DNA from: Gammaproteobacteria bacterium
Lineage (GTDB): Bacteria; Pseudomonadota; Gammaproteobacteria; Eutrophobiales; Eutrophobiaceae
Length of the DNA: 64,000 bases
Direction: 5' to 3'
Assembly: GCA_965222155.1 (NCBI GenBank)
Contig: CBDCTH010000012.1
Span: 3,136,001 to 3,200,000, forward strand
Numbering within the stretch: position 1 is the stretch's first letter; each line of letters opens with the position of its first letter. A program made the translations under genes and the position numbers. Positions 30,611-40,504 of this stretch are shown here, piece by piece. The notes below the pieces were generated by a model. That model was not told the DNA's origin, made no database searches, and saw nothing but the letters and a program-made list of their open reading frames with translations.

Positions 30611-32058
30611 TATCCGACTGCACCCTCAAGAGTAATATTCAGTAGTTTCTGCGCTTCCACGGCAAATTCCATCGGCAGTTGCTTGAATACGTCCTTGCAG
30701 AATCCGTTGACAATCATGTTGACCGCGTCTTCCTCACCAATCCCCCGCTGGCGGCAGTAAAATAACTGGTCATCACTTATCCTGGACGTGGTCGCCTCAT
30801 GTTCGACAGTGGCACTTGCATTCCGGGTTTCTATATAAGGAAAGGTATGGGCGCCGCAGGTGTCACCCATCAACAGGGAATCACATTGGGTATAGTTACG
30901 GGCGTTGTCAGCGCGTTTGCCGATACTGACCAGGCCCCGGTAGGCATTTTGCGCCTTGCCTGCTGAAATGCCCTTGGAGATGATGGTGCTGCCAGTATTT
31001 TTACCCAGGTGGATCATCTTGGTGCCAGTGTCCGCCTGCTGATAATTGTTGGTGACGGCAACGGAGTAGAACGCGCCGCTGGAATTATCGCCGCGCAGGA
31101 TGCAGCTCGGGTATTTCCAGGTAATGGCCGAGCCGGTCTCAACCTGGGTCCAGGAAATTCTGGAACCGGACCCGCGACAATCGCCGCGCTTGGTCACGAA
31201 GTTATAGATACCGCCGACGCCGTTTTCATCGCCGGGGTACCAGTTCTGTACCGTCGAGTACTTTATCTCCGCATTATCCAGGGCAACCAGTTCCACGACG
31301 GCGGCGTGTAACTGGTTTTCGTCGCGCATGGGCGCTGTACAGCCTTCCAGGTAGCTCACGTGGCTGCCTTCCTCGGCCACGATCAAGGTTCGTTCAAACT
31401 GGCCGGTATTGGCTGCGTTAATACGGAAGTAAGTGGACAGTTCCATGGGGCAACGGGTATTTTTCGGGATAAAACAGAACGAACCGTCGGTAAAAACCGC
31501 GGAGTTCAGCGCGGCATAATAATTATCCGCAGCCGGGACGACGCTGCCCAGGTAGGCCCGGACCAGCTCGGGATGGTTGTGTACCGCTTCTGAAAATGAA
31601 CAGAAAATGACACCGGCGTCCGCCAGTTTTTCCTTGAACGTCGTTGCCACGGATACACTGTCAAACACGGCATCCACCGCAACACCGGCCAGCATTTTTT
31701 GTTCGTGCAGCGGAATACCCAGTTTCTCGTAGGTTTCCAGGAGTTTCGGGTCCACTTCATCCAGACTCTTGGGTCCGTCCCCTTTGGACTTCGGGGCTGA
31801 ATAATAGGATATGGCCTGGAAATCGATGGCCGGGTAATGCACATGCGCCCATTCCGGTTCGGTCATACGGGTCCAGTGGCGGAAAGCGTCAAGGCGCCAC
31901 TCCAGCAACCACTCGGGTTCCTCCTTCTTGGCGGAAATCAGCGCTATTACCTCTTCATTCAGGCCGGGCGCGACGGTATCTGTATCGATATCCGTGACGA
32001 AACCGTGTTCGTAGTCCTTATGTACCAGTTCCTCAACGCTTGTTGTCTCGTCTGTCAT
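30610..32058 (-). CDS. sufB: Fe-S assembly protein SufB
   Basis: [32 protein letters not shown]. Confidence 0.97.
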   Translation of the reverse strand: MTDETTSVEELVHKDYEHGFVTDIDTDTVAPGLNEEVIALISAKKEEPEWLLEWRLDAFRHWTRMTEPEWAHVHYPAIDFQAISYYSAPKSKGDGPKSLDEVDPKLLETYEKLGIPLHEQKMLAGVAVDAVFDSVSVATTFKEKLADAGVIFCSFSEAVHNHPELVRAYLGSVVPAADNYYAALNSAVFTDGSFCFIPKNTRCPMELSTYFRINAANTGQFERTLIVAEEGSHVSYLEGCTAPMRDENQLHAAVVELVALDNAEIKYSTVQNWYPGDENGVGGIYNFVTKRGDCRGSGSRISWTQVETGSAITWKYPSCILRGDNSSGAFYSVAVTNNYQQADTGTKMIHLGKNTGSTIISKGISAGKAQNAYRGLVSIGKRADNARNYTQCDSLLMGDTCGAHTFPYIETRNASATVEHEATTSRISDDQLFYCRQRGIGEEDAVNMIVNGFCKDVFKQLPMEFAVEAQKLLNITLEGAVG

Positions 32059-32061
32059 GGT

Positions 32062-32421
32062 CTACTCGGGATTTGTCTGGTTTTCGGAAATACTGAAACT
32101 CTCACCGCAGCCACAGGTTTCGCTTACGTTGGGATTATGGAAGCGGAAGCCTTCGTTCAAGCCCTCCCTGACGAAGTCCAGTTCCGTCCCGGCCAGATAG
32201 CGCAGACTCTGCTCATCAACGACCACGGTGACGCCGTTTGTTTCAAATGCCGTGTCGTGTTCATTCACTGCCTGTGCCGCCTCGATCACGTATTGGTACC
32301 CGGAGCAGCCCGTAGGTTTCACAGCGACCCGCAACCCGACTCCTTCGGCGTTATTGGCCAGGTAATTTTTCACGTGCACTGCAGCGCGATCGGTTAATGC
32401 AATTTCGTTATTCGACATCAT
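32062..32421 (-). CDS. sufA: A-type Fe-S carrier (SufA/IscA)
   Basis: GCSGYQY, CGCGESF. Confidence 0.88.
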   Translation of the reverse strand: MMSNNEIALTDRAAVHVKNYLANNAEGVGLRVAVKPTGCSGYQYVIEAAQAVNEHDTAFETNGVTVVVDEQSLRYLAGTELDFVREGLNEGFRFHNPNVSETCGCGESFSISENQTNPE

Positions 32422-32443
32422 TCACCTCTATTGTCAGGGGCGA

Positions 32444-32893
32444 TCACATACGTACAAGGACATGATCCTGCCTGGCTGAAACCTGCTTCACCGTACCCTG
32501 CTGGACCAGGTCGGACAGGCTTATATCACTGAGAAAGTTTGTAATATGCAGGCTGAGGTCTTCCCACAGGTCATGGGTCAGACAACGTTCGTCAGCCTGG
32601 CAGTTTTTATGGCCGCCGCAACGTGTGGCGTCGACCTGCTCATCCACGGCGCGAATCACGTCAGCCACGGATATGTCAGACCGGGCTTGCTGCAAACGGT
32701 AGCCACCGCCGGGACCCCGGGCGCTGGCAATCAAACCCTGTTTTCGCATACGCAGGAACAACTGCTCCAGGTAGGATAAAGAGATCCCCTGACGTCTGGA
32801 TATATCCGTCAGATTGACAGGCCCCAAGTCTTCATGTAGAGCCAGGTCCAGCATAGCTGTAACGGCATATCGGCCTTTCGTTGTCAAACGCAT
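32444..32893 (-). CDS. iscR: Fe-S cluster regulator IscR
   Basis: [18 protein letters not shown]; three Cys plus His ligands (RCGGHKNC...RCLTH). Confidence 0.95.
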   Translation of the reverse strand: MRLTTKGRYAVTAMLDLALHEDLGPVNLTDISRRQGISLSYLEQLFLRMRKQGLIASARGPGGGYRLQQARSDISVADVIRAVDEQVDATRCGGHKNCQADERCLTHDLWEDLSLHITNFLSDISLSDLVQQGTVKQVSARQDHVLVRM

Positions 32894-32931
32894 AACAGGT
32901 GTCCTGCAGGTTAAAGGGCGCACAGCTTTAC

Positions 32932-32982
32932 ATATCCGACTAATTTAGTCAAGTATTTTTTCCGACTAAAATAGTCAGGTAT
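32932..32982 (-). promoter_or_regulatory. Two tandem type-1 IscR boxes
   Basis: Minus strand atacctgactattttagtcgg and atacttgactaaattagtcggatat match ATASYYGACTRWWWYAGTCRRSTAT. Confidence 0.88.
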
Positions 32983-33007
32983 TAGTCATGTTGTAACTAT
33001 TTGATGA

Positions 33008-33622
33008 TCAGGTATTTCTATCTCCATAACGAAACAGGTACCAGGAACCGATGCTCCTGTAGGGCCGCCAGCTCTCGGATACTTTCAGAATCGCTGTCAT
33101 GTCCTCGGGCGGGATCCCATAAGCCGACCCAATAGCTTTCCGTAATGCCAGATCCCCAATCGGAAACATATCCAGCCGTGACAGACCAAACATTAAATAT
33201 ATATCCACCGTCCAGTCGCCGATACCTTTGACCTGTTTCAACTCCCGGCGAATGGTGTCGTCGTCTTCAGACTGCAATTCCGTGAGATTCAGTGAGTTGT
33301 TTTTGATTCTGCTGCTCAGGTCCCTGATGTAGTCACACTTTCTTGCAGAAAGTCCGGTTGCCCGAAGCTCTCTATCGCGTTTTTCGAGCACTCCTTCGGT
33401 TGTGATCTTACCTTCAGGGAAGAGCGCCCGAAATCGGGCGATAATGGTATCCGCTGCCGCTTTTGATAGCTGTTGACTGATAATTACACCCACCAGAAAA
33501 TTGAGGTCGGCACGACGTCCCGTCAACCCACATGCGCCGATTTCACTGATAATTGTTCCTAATCGCGTATCTCTTTTCTGCAGGTAGTCAGTAATATCGG
33601 CATAATTCGGCATATCAGTCAC
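33008..33622 (-). CDS. AlkA-like DNA-3-methyladenine glycosylase (HhH-GPD)
   Basis: IISQQLS, VKGIGDWT, GDLALRK, WRPYRS. Confidence 0.9.
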   Translation of the reverse strand: MTDMPNYADITDYLQKRDTRLGTIISEIGACGLTGRRADLNFLVGVIISQQLSKAAADTIIARFRALFPEGKITTEGVLEKRDRELRATGLSARKCDYIRDLSSRIKNNSLNLTELQSEDDDTIRRELKQVKGIGDWTVDIYLMFGLSRLDMFPIGDLALRKAIGSAYGIPPEDMTAILKVSESWRPYRSIGSWYLFRYGDRNT

Positions 33623-33703
33623 TCAAGAGGAATCCGGCTTGACACCCTTCTTTGAACAGGATGGATTAACCTGGATATTGCATTTGTCGGCGCTATATCG
33701 AGG

Positions 33704-34375
33704 TCAGGTTTGTTCCTGTTGTGTATTCCTTATCAGGCGTTCCAGGCGTAGCTGGGGTAGGGCCCACTGCGGGGATAATTCGATGGCCTTGCGATAGTCG
33801 GCCGCGGCATTATCAAATTCCTTATTGTTTTCATAAGCCATAGCGCGGTTGAAATGGGCAATGTGGTTTTTCGTCAAGGTCAGTTCAATGGCGGTGGTGT
33901 ACTGTTGTATCGCCACGTCATACTTCTGACCCAGCAGGTAGAGGTTACCCAGGTTCACATAGACCTCGCCAGTTTCCGGCCCCAGTTCAATAGCGGCCCG
34001 GTAGTCTTTAAGCGCTTGTTGATGGTCCTCCATGGCGCCGTACAGGATGCCGCGGTTGACGTAAGTGGCCAGCAGGTCCTTGCGGGTTAAGCGCCCATAG
34101 AGAATCGCCTGGTCACATTCCTGAATATCCTCCCTGGATGCGGAGTTCAGCTGGATGGCAAGGGTGGAAGCCATGTAACAGTTGCGGGCGTACGAACCAC
34201 CGCCGATGACGCTCATCGACTGGGTGTGAGCGTTCATGGATGAGAAAATAAGAATGGGTAGCAACACCCGTAAAATAAACCGGAGTGTAATCATTCGGAG
34301 CACCTCTTGTCTGACTTTTATCCAATTATAGATAAAAAACACCTGTCTCACCATGTTATAGTTACCCGCCGACAA
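33704..34375 (-). CDS. Exported TPR protein (start probably further downstream)
   Basis: Repeated YVNRG/YVNLG/HFNRA TPR helices after a signal-like segment. Confidence 0.8.
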   Translation of the reverse strand: MSAGNYNMVRQVFFIYNWIKVRQEVLRMITLRFILRVLLPILIFSSMNAHTQSMSVIGGGSYARNCYMASTLAIQLNSASREDIQECDQAILYGRLTRKDLLATYVNRGILYGAMEDHQQALKDYRAAIELGPETGEVYVNLGNLYLLGQKYDVAIQQYTTAIELTLTKNHIAHFNRAMAYENNKEFDNAAADYRKAIELSPQWALPQLRLERLIRNTQQEQT

Positions 34376-34412
34376 TCCTCCGATATGTCAGGAAACCGGG
34401 AAGAAATAACAA

Positions 34413-35117
34413 ATGATCGACTTATATTACTGGCCCACCCCCAACGGCTGGAAAATCTCAATCATGCTGGAAGAATGCGGGCTGGAGTACCGACTGATAC
34501 CGGTAGATATAGGGCGTGGAGATCAATTCAAACCGGAGTTTCTGGCCATCAGCCCCAACAACCGCATGCCGGCCATCGTTGACCATGACGTGGACGGGGA
34601 ACCGATCTCCGTGTTCGAATCAGGTGCCATACTGACGTACCTTGCCGAGAAGACCGGCCGTTTCCTGCCGGCAGACCTGCGCGCCAGGCTACAGGTCATG
34701 CAATGGGTATTCTGGCAGGTAGGCGGCCTGGGACCCATGGCAGGCCAACTCGGCCACTTTACCAATTACGCACCGGAGAAAATCGAGTACGCCCTGAAGC
34801 GCTATGGCGATGAATACAACCGCCTGTTAGGTGTCATCGAAAAGCAGTTGGCAGGCAAGGATTACCTGTGCGGCGATTATTCCATCGCCGACATGGCCTC
34901 CTGGCCCTGGGTTGTGGTACATGAGCGGTTGCGCCAGTATCTGAACGAGTTTCCCCGTGTCTCGGCCTGGGATGAGCGGATGAAAGCCAGACCGAAAGTG
35001 GCCGTCGGCAAAGAACTTGGCAAGGAATTACGGCGCCCGCTGGAGAAGGATGATGAAGCCCGCAAAATGCTGTTCGGACAGACCGCTGCGTCGGTAACCG
35101 AAGCCGCTGCCGGGTAA
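34413..35117 (+). CDS. Glutathione S-transferase family (YfcG-like)
   Basis: TPNGWK, SPNNRMPAI, FESGAIL, GLGPMAGQ. Confidence 0.92.
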   Translation: MIDLYYWPTPNGWKISIMLEECGLEYRLIPVDIGRGDQFKPEFLAISPNNRMPAIVDHDVDGEPISVFESGAILTYLAEKTGRFLPADLRARLQVMQWVFWQVGGLGPMAGQLGHFTNYAPEKIEYALKRYGDEYNRLLGVIEKQLAGKDYLCGDYSIADMASWPWVVVHERLRQYLNEFPRVSAWDERMKARPKVAVGKELGKELRRPLEKDDEARKMLFGQTAASVTEAAAG

Positions 35118-35147
35118 ACAATAAAAAAATAAAAAAACGGAGCTGAA

Positions 35148-36179
35148 ATGGGCCAACAAAAACAACCATCCCCCGAACTTTTCCTCGATGCCGTTATGGC
35201 GTATCGTGATTCCGCGGCAGTGAAGGGAGCAGTGGAACTGGACGTGTTTACCGCCCTTGCCCAGGGCGTGGACACGGCGCAGGGTCTGGCAAGGCATTGC
35301 CGGGCCGATAAACGCGGCATGCGTATCCTGTGTGATTATCTCTGCGTGATGGGCCTGCTGGAGAAGTCCGGTTCAACCTATTCATTGACCGTAGATTCGG
35401 CAGTGTTTCTGGACCGGAATTCTCCCGCTTTCATGGGGGACGTCGTGAACTTCCTGCTGGACCCGTTTTTTGTCAGGGATATCGGCGACGTTGCCAGGGC
35501 GGTCAGAAAAGGTGGCGTAGCGACCTCGGTGGAGGGTTCCGATGAACCTAACCACCCTATGTGGGTGACGTTCGCCCGCTCCATGACCGGTCTGAACCGT
35601 AAACCGGCCATGTTTCTGGCCGACCTTGTCATAGCTAATCTTGCCGGGGTGAACGAGCAGGAGCAAGTCAAGGTACTGGATATCGCGGCAGGCTCCGGTA
35701 TATTCGGTATCACCCTGGCGGAAAAACACTCGCGGGCTGAGATTACCGCGGTAGACTGGTCTAACGTCCTGGAAGTGGCAAAGGAAAACGCGGAGAAAGC
35801 CGCACTGGGTGACCGCTATAAAACAATTCCCGGTAACGCGTTTGAGGTTGATCCCGGAACAGTGTACCAGGTGATTTTACTGTGCAATTTTCTGCATCAC
35901 TTCAACCCGGCAACCTGCTCTAAGTTTTTACGGCGCATGAAAGCTGCGCTGGCCGCTGACGGTAAGCTTTACGTACTGGATTTTGTCCCCAGTGAAGACC
36001 GAATTTCGCCGCCCTTCGCCGCGACGTTTTCCATGCACATGCTGCGCCAGACCGTCGCCGGCGATGTATATACTCTCTCGGAGTATAAGGATATTTTTGC
36101 CGCGACTGAACTGCAAATCGATGAAGCCATGCCGGCATCCGACACTCCTTACACTGTCCTCGTTGCAGGCCATAAATAG
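35148..36179 (+). CDS. SAM-dependent O-methyltransferase-like protein
   Basis: Dimerisation domain (AVELDVF), VLDIAAGSG, NFLHHF. Confidence 0.9.
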   Translation: MGQQKQPSPELFLDAVMAYRDSAAVKGAVELDVFTALAQGVDTAQGLARHCRADKRGMRILCDYLCVMGLLEKSGSTYSLTVDSAVFLDRNSPAFMGDVVNFLLDPFFVRDIGDVARAVRKGGVATSVEGSDEPNHPMWVTFARSMTGLNRKPAMFLADLVIANLAGVNEQEQVKVLDIAAGSGIFGITLAEKHSRAEITAVDWSNVLEVAKENAEKAALGDRYKTIPGNAFEVDPGTVYQVILLCNFLHHFNPATCSKFLRRMKAALAADGKLYVLDFVPSEDRISPPFAATFSMHMLRQTVAGDVYTLSEYKDIFAATELQIDEAMPASDTPYTVLVAGHK

Positions 36180-36327
36180 TTGACCCTGAAAAACCCTGTT
36201 TCAGGTTGGCATTGAAGCCCCGTGATACCAAAACCGGAACTATCAGTCCAGGAAAAATGCAGCTTACATAAATATAATCAACAGGTTAGAATAGCTTTTG
36301 GGGTTATTCAGGGACGACTAAATAAGA

Positions 36328-36413
36328 AAAGGGGACAGGTTTATTTTCCAATGTTATATTCATCTTCCATCGATCATCTTAAACAGTCCGGGAAAAATAA
36401 ATCCATCCCCTTT
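36328..36413. repeat. Imperfect inverted repeat of the GGGGACAG family
   Basis: aaaggggacaggtttattttcc ... ggaaaaataaatccatccccttt. Confidence 0.7.
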
Positions 36414-36416
36414 ATC

Positions 36417-37250
36417 ATGTCCGTCAAAGACGAGTTGCTAAGCCTGGTGGAAACCGTGGCGGAAAGTACGGAGCTTCCGCTGATTGACTGGGTATTTATC
36501 CCGGAGCCCAACCCCGGTCCGGGACGTAATACCGAATTCGGCATCGTCACGCTTCAGGACGGTTCCGCCGGTCTTTACTATGCCTGGCTGGGCGATTCAC
36601 AGAAGGGCATGGGCAGCCGCTATGAGCCCGATGAGTTTATCGGCAGGCATCCCGTTGAACTGGTGCGGTATTGCGCGGGTGACGACGAGGCGGATTGCTC
36701 TCTGGGACTGGCTGCCATCAACGCCATCACCCGGTATATTTACCGGAAGGCGGATTTCAGTCCGCAGGACGCGCCGGATTCAATGGGCATACTGGATATT
36801 TCCGCCGCTGACCACGTCGGTATGGTGGGGTATTTCCCCTCCCTGGTACGGCGGCTCAAAAATCAGGGCATTAAACTGACGGTCATCGAAAAAAAGCAGC
36901 AATTCCATAAGCAACAGGAGAGTTTCACGGTTACTGCAGACGCGGCCATGCTGGGTGACTGCAACAAGGTGATCATTACGGCATCCACCTTGCTGAATAA
37001 TTCAATTGATGAAGTGCTGGCTTATTCGGGACGGGCGCAGAGGCGGGTGATAATCGGTCCGACTGCCGGTTTTTTTCCGGACCCGTTGTTTGCGCAAGGC
37101 ATCTCTGCACTCGGGGGTTCAGAGATCCGAGCCGCTGAACAGGCACGGCAGCGGTTAAGCACAAACCAGGGCCTGGGGGAGAGCGCCCGTAAATTTTTAA
37201 TCGCTGAACCTGAATACCCTGGACTGGAGCAGATAATGCAGGGTTTGTGA
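36417..37250 (+). CDS. DUF364/Rossmann-like domain protein
   Basis: GLAAINA, VGMVGYF, TASTLLN, IGPTA; start placed after the repeat. Confidence 0.8.
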   Translation: MSVKDELLSLVETVAESTELPLIDWVFIPEPNPGPGRNTEFGIVTLQDGSAGLYYAWLGDSQKGMGSRYEPDEFIGRHPVELVRYCAGDDEADCSLGLAAINAITRYIYRKADFSPQDAPDSMGILDISAADHVGMVGYFPSLVRRLKNQGIKLTVIEKKQQFHKQQESFTVTADAAMLGDCNKVIITASTLLNNSIDEVLAYSGRAQRRVIIGPTAGFFPDPLFAQGISALGGSEIRAAEQARQRLSTNQGLGESARKFLIAEPEYPGLEQIMQGL

Positions 37251-37394
37251 CCCCAAATATCACTGTTCCAATCGCAGACAGACGCCCGACACGCTTTCCA
37301 GCTTGCGTTTGACCAGGAGTACGTGGAGCGGGATTGTTTTGGGCACCAAAACCTAATCATCGTACCGGCCAGAACATTTCTGGCGCAGCTGGTC

Positions 37395-37712
37395 TAGCTC
37401 GCATATCTCACCAATGGATGCGATGATCGCGCCGGATTTTTGCGGCTGGCAGGTGCCTGCGACCGAAAGCATAGTGGTGGCTCTGGTTGAGGGACAAATT
37501 GTCAGGACAGACAATTTGCACGGCGACAGCCGCCCGCAGGGTTGCGCACAGGGATGGGCGCAATGAACACGTGCCTGCCAGCCGCAAAAAGACAAGCGAG
37601 GGCGCATCCAGCGCAGTGTGTGATGGTAGTAAAAGTGATATGATCACTGTAGCTTATTGACAGCAAAGAGTTTTCCGTTGATGACAAGCGAATTGGTGAG
37701 ATATGCGGGCTA
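37395..37712. mobile_element. TA-flanked structured MITE, copy 2 (inverted; 72-bp insert at 37495-37566)
   Basis: tagctcgcatatctcaccaat / attggtgagatatgcgggcta. Confidence 0.88.
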
Positions 37713-37839
37713 GGCGTGAATCAATTGGAATAATAAGCCGGCTCTGCCTTAGCGCCTGCCGGTGCAGGATTCGTCGGTGCTGTAACCGACTGGATTCCCG
37801 CGTAAATGAGGGTGGCCCTGTAAGCACCGGAGGGCTGTC

Positions 37840-39654
37840 TTATCGCAGGTATTCTTCAGTGTAGAGTAAGAGTTCGATGAGACGCTCAAGCAACTGTTCG
37901 CGGGGCAGGCCGGGGAAATTCTTGTTGATCATTTCTTTAGCGAAAAGCCGGGTGATGTAGCGTAATTTCAGCGCCTTGGACTTTTTCGAGGCGAAAATGA
38001 AGTCGCGGTGGCCGTTGTTGACGACGATAAGGTTCTGGTCGGCGTCATAGCGCGAACGCCAGAGTTGTCCCGGCGCATGATCAAAGGTGTAGCCTGGTAA
38101 TCCGTGACGGCTGCCTGAACGTTCTTTTGTGTCGGGGAGTAACGAGTCGGTAACCGTAATGAGGGCTTCGGCCGCGCAGACGGTTTCATTTTGTGCCGCA
38201 GTGACGCCGATGCGCACCAGTCCCGGCTCATCGTGCGCGTGATAGGTCACAAACTCAGAACCGGCTTCATCCAGGTCGCCCGCGCCTTCCAGAATGCGCC
38301 AGGAAATGCTCAGGTTCTCTTCGATCATGTTGCTGTTTCGGTCGCGAGCAATTGCCCTGAGTTTACGGGAATTGCCGACAGCCAGGGCGCATGTACTTGG
38401 TGAAATTCGTACGCTGTGAAGCGGCCCGGCATATTCAAAAAACTGTTTCTGGCGGTTCGCTAACTCATTATTTAACTCTGTGACGGGCAATGCGCTCACA
38501 CTCTCATCATCTTGCTCTCCTGCCTTTGCCGACCCGCCCGTTGGGGCAGCCCGTTTGCGGATATTAATATCAAACCAATCATATTCTTCTGCCGGCAATG
38601 CCAGCATCGCCTCGCGGAAAGCACGCCGGATGGCGCGCAAAGTGTCACGACTGGTGCGTTCTTCTTCCGCGTACTTCTGTTCCTCAATGATCTCCGTCAG
38701 CTTTTTCGCCACCGGCAGCATGGATTGCACAAAGGACTCGAACAGTTCGTCCTGGATAATCCCGGTCCGTGTTGACGGTGTAAGGCTCAGAAACGGCGCG
38801 TCCACGATGCCTTGCAGAAATCTCTCATTCCAGGGAGGACATTGAAAGGTGTCCAGCTGAGTCAGCGAGCTCAGAATGCGCGTTCCTGACCGATACAATC
38901 CTACCTCGTTTTCAGCCTCGGACTCGTTCAGGTACAACTCGGTATAGATATCGCCATGCATGCTTTTGGCTTCCGGCAGGTTATGCAGCAGTTGCCCGGT
39001 AAAATCGCGCGGCTTGACGCTGTACTCTTTGCGCGCCTGGCGGTCGATTACCTTGATATGTACGCCGGATTGTCGAATCCGTTCCCGTAGTTCCGAGGCG
39101 AGGTACCACTGGATCTTCTCACCGCTTAACTGGCGGATACCCGGGAGTAAGGGCCTTATTTTGAGCCGGGTTCCAGGCTCCGGGATGAGCGTGCGCCGCT
39201 TTACAATACTATAGCTTGGATCCCCTTTACGCATCCGCATTTCATATATGGTTTCGTCGGCGCCGGCCGAACTCATGGCAAGTTCCTCCCCCACAGTCCA
39301 GAAACTCAGCAGTCCGATTCCGAACTCGCCCTGAATAGCCCGATCGCCGTCAAGCTTTAGCCGGCGTTTGATGGAATCACAGATATGGGTGCCGACGAAA
39401 TGAAAGTCGGGGATCCCTTCCTGGGTTCTTGGTACGCCTTCGCCGTCATCGGCAACCATGAGGAAATGTTCTTTCTGTTCACGCCCCCGGGTAATGGTTA
39501 CCCGCCTTGCCCGGGCATCGATGCTGTTTTCGACAAACTCGGCGATGGCCTTGAGCGGGTTTTCCTGTGACAGGGCAATAATGGTGATCGCATTCCATGC
39601 GTCACCAATCTTGAGGCGTCCGGAATCCTTATTTCGTGAAGACCTGCGATTCAC
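37840..39654 (-). CDS. GHKL (MORC/Hsp90-like) ATPase with putative Ig-like domain
   Basis: EFVENSIDA, DDGEG and GEFGIG Bergerat-fold motifs. Confidence 0.88.
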   Translation of the reverse strand: MNRRSSRNKDSGRLKIGDAWNAITIIALSQENPLKAIAEFVENSIDARARRVTITRGREQKEHFLMVADDGEGVPRTQEGIPDFHFVGTHICDSIKRRLKLDGDRAIQGEFGIGLLSFWTVGEELAMSSAGADETIYEMRMRKGDPSYSIVKRRTLIPEPGTRLKIRPLLPGIRQLSGEKIQWYLASELRERIRQSGVHIKVIDRQARKEYSVKPRDFTGQLLHNLPEAKSMHGDIYTELYLNESEAENEVGLYRSGTRILSSLTQLDTFQCPPWNERFLQGIVDAPFLSLTPSTRTGIIQDELFESFVQSMLPVAKKLTEIIEEQKYAEEERTSRDTLRAIRRAFREAMLALPAEEYDWFDINIRKRAAPTGGSAKAGEQDDESVSALPVTELNNELANRQKQFFEYAGPLHSVRISPSTCALAVGNSRKLRAIARDRNSNMIEENLSISWRILEGAGDLDEAGSEFVTYHAHDEPGLVRIGVTAAQNETVCAAEALITVTDSLLPDTKERSGSRHGLPGYTFDHAPGQLWRSRYDADQNLIVVNNGHRDFIFASKKSKALKLRYITRLFAKEMINKNFPGLPREQLLERLIELLLYTEEYLR

Positions 39655-39712
39655 TATGAAGTATTACAAAATTGTACCCGGGCGCCGCACGACACATACG
39701 CGCAGGGTTTTT

Positions 39713-40444
39713 TCAACTGTGCTGATTCGTGTCATCCGTAGATGTCCCCTGTTCCAGTTTTTTCTTCAACTCCTCCATTTCCTCGTCCACCTTGTGCATG
39801 TGGTCAAGCAAGGCGTCGATGGTGTTCTGGACCGGGTCGGGCATGTCCTGGCTGCCGCCATAGGCGTCAAAACCGATTTTCCTGGCCATGGCTTCCCGTT
39901 GCGCTTTTTTCAATTTCTCTTCGGCGCGCGATTCCCGCACCATCACGCGTCCCGGTATGCCGACCACGGTGGCATCGTCAGGCACGTCCTTCACCACCAC
40001 CGCGTTGGAACCGATCCTGGCGTTAGCGCCCAGGGTGATGGGCCCCAGCACCTTGGCGCCGGCGCCGATGATGACGCCGTCTTTCAGGGTCGGGTGGCGT
40101 TTCCCTTTTTGCCAGGTTGTGCCGCCCAGGGTGACGCCGTGATAAATGGAGCAGTCATCGCCGATCTCCGACGTTTCGCCGATGACGATGCCCATGCCGT
40201 GGTCAATGAAAAGCCGACAGCCTAAATTGGCCCCGGGATGGATCTCAACGCCTGTAAGGAAACGCGACAGGTGCGCGCTGAAACGGGCGAACAGGTAGAG
40301 CTTTTTTGTCCACAGCCAGTGATTCAGGCGATGCAACAGGATCGCATGGAAGCCGGGGCAGGCTATCAGCGTTTCCAGCGCGCTGCGGGAAGCCGGGTCT
40401 CGCTCAAAGACCACCTTTATATCTTCTTTTATGGTTTCAAACAT
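39713..40444 (-). CDS. cysE: Serine O-acetyltransferase
   Basis: [30 protein letters not shown]. Confidence 0.96.
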   Translation of the reverse strand: MFETIKEDIKVVFERDPASRSALETLIACPGFHAILLHRLNHWLWTKKLYLFARFSAHLSRFLTGVEIHPGANLGCRLFIDHGMGIVIGETSEIGDDCSIYHGVTLGGTTWQKGKRHPTLKDGVIIGAGAKVLGPITLGANARIGSNAVVVKDVPDDATVVGIPGRVMVRESRAEEKLKKAQREAMARKIGFDAYGGSQDMPDPVQNTIDALLDHMHKVDEEMEELKKKLEQGTSTDDTNQHS

Positions 40445-40504
40445 GATTGGTCTGTTACCGGTTGTCAGGTCCCAACTGGTATTACATCGGTCTGTCAATG
40501 CTAA

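Noticed and set aside
36183-36206. ccctgaaaaaccc shared with the IS5 left end at 59564
   Set aside because: Only 13 bp; may be an IS scar or terminator but too short to support.
36222-36416. N-terminal extension of the DUF364-like protein
   Set aside because: Runs through an inverted repeat; ATG 36417 is the more plausible start.
37255-37397. Frame ending ...ARHAFQLAFDQEYVERDCFGHQNLIIVPARTFLAQLV-stop
   Set aside because: Looks like an orphan gene tail (possibly an AAA/DUF4143 protein) but has no start and is too short to assign.
37353-37687. Short similar ORFs here and at 28208-28532, 46821-47075, 60379-60881
   Set aside because: Read through the non-coding MITE and 72-bp element; frames are not conserved between copies.
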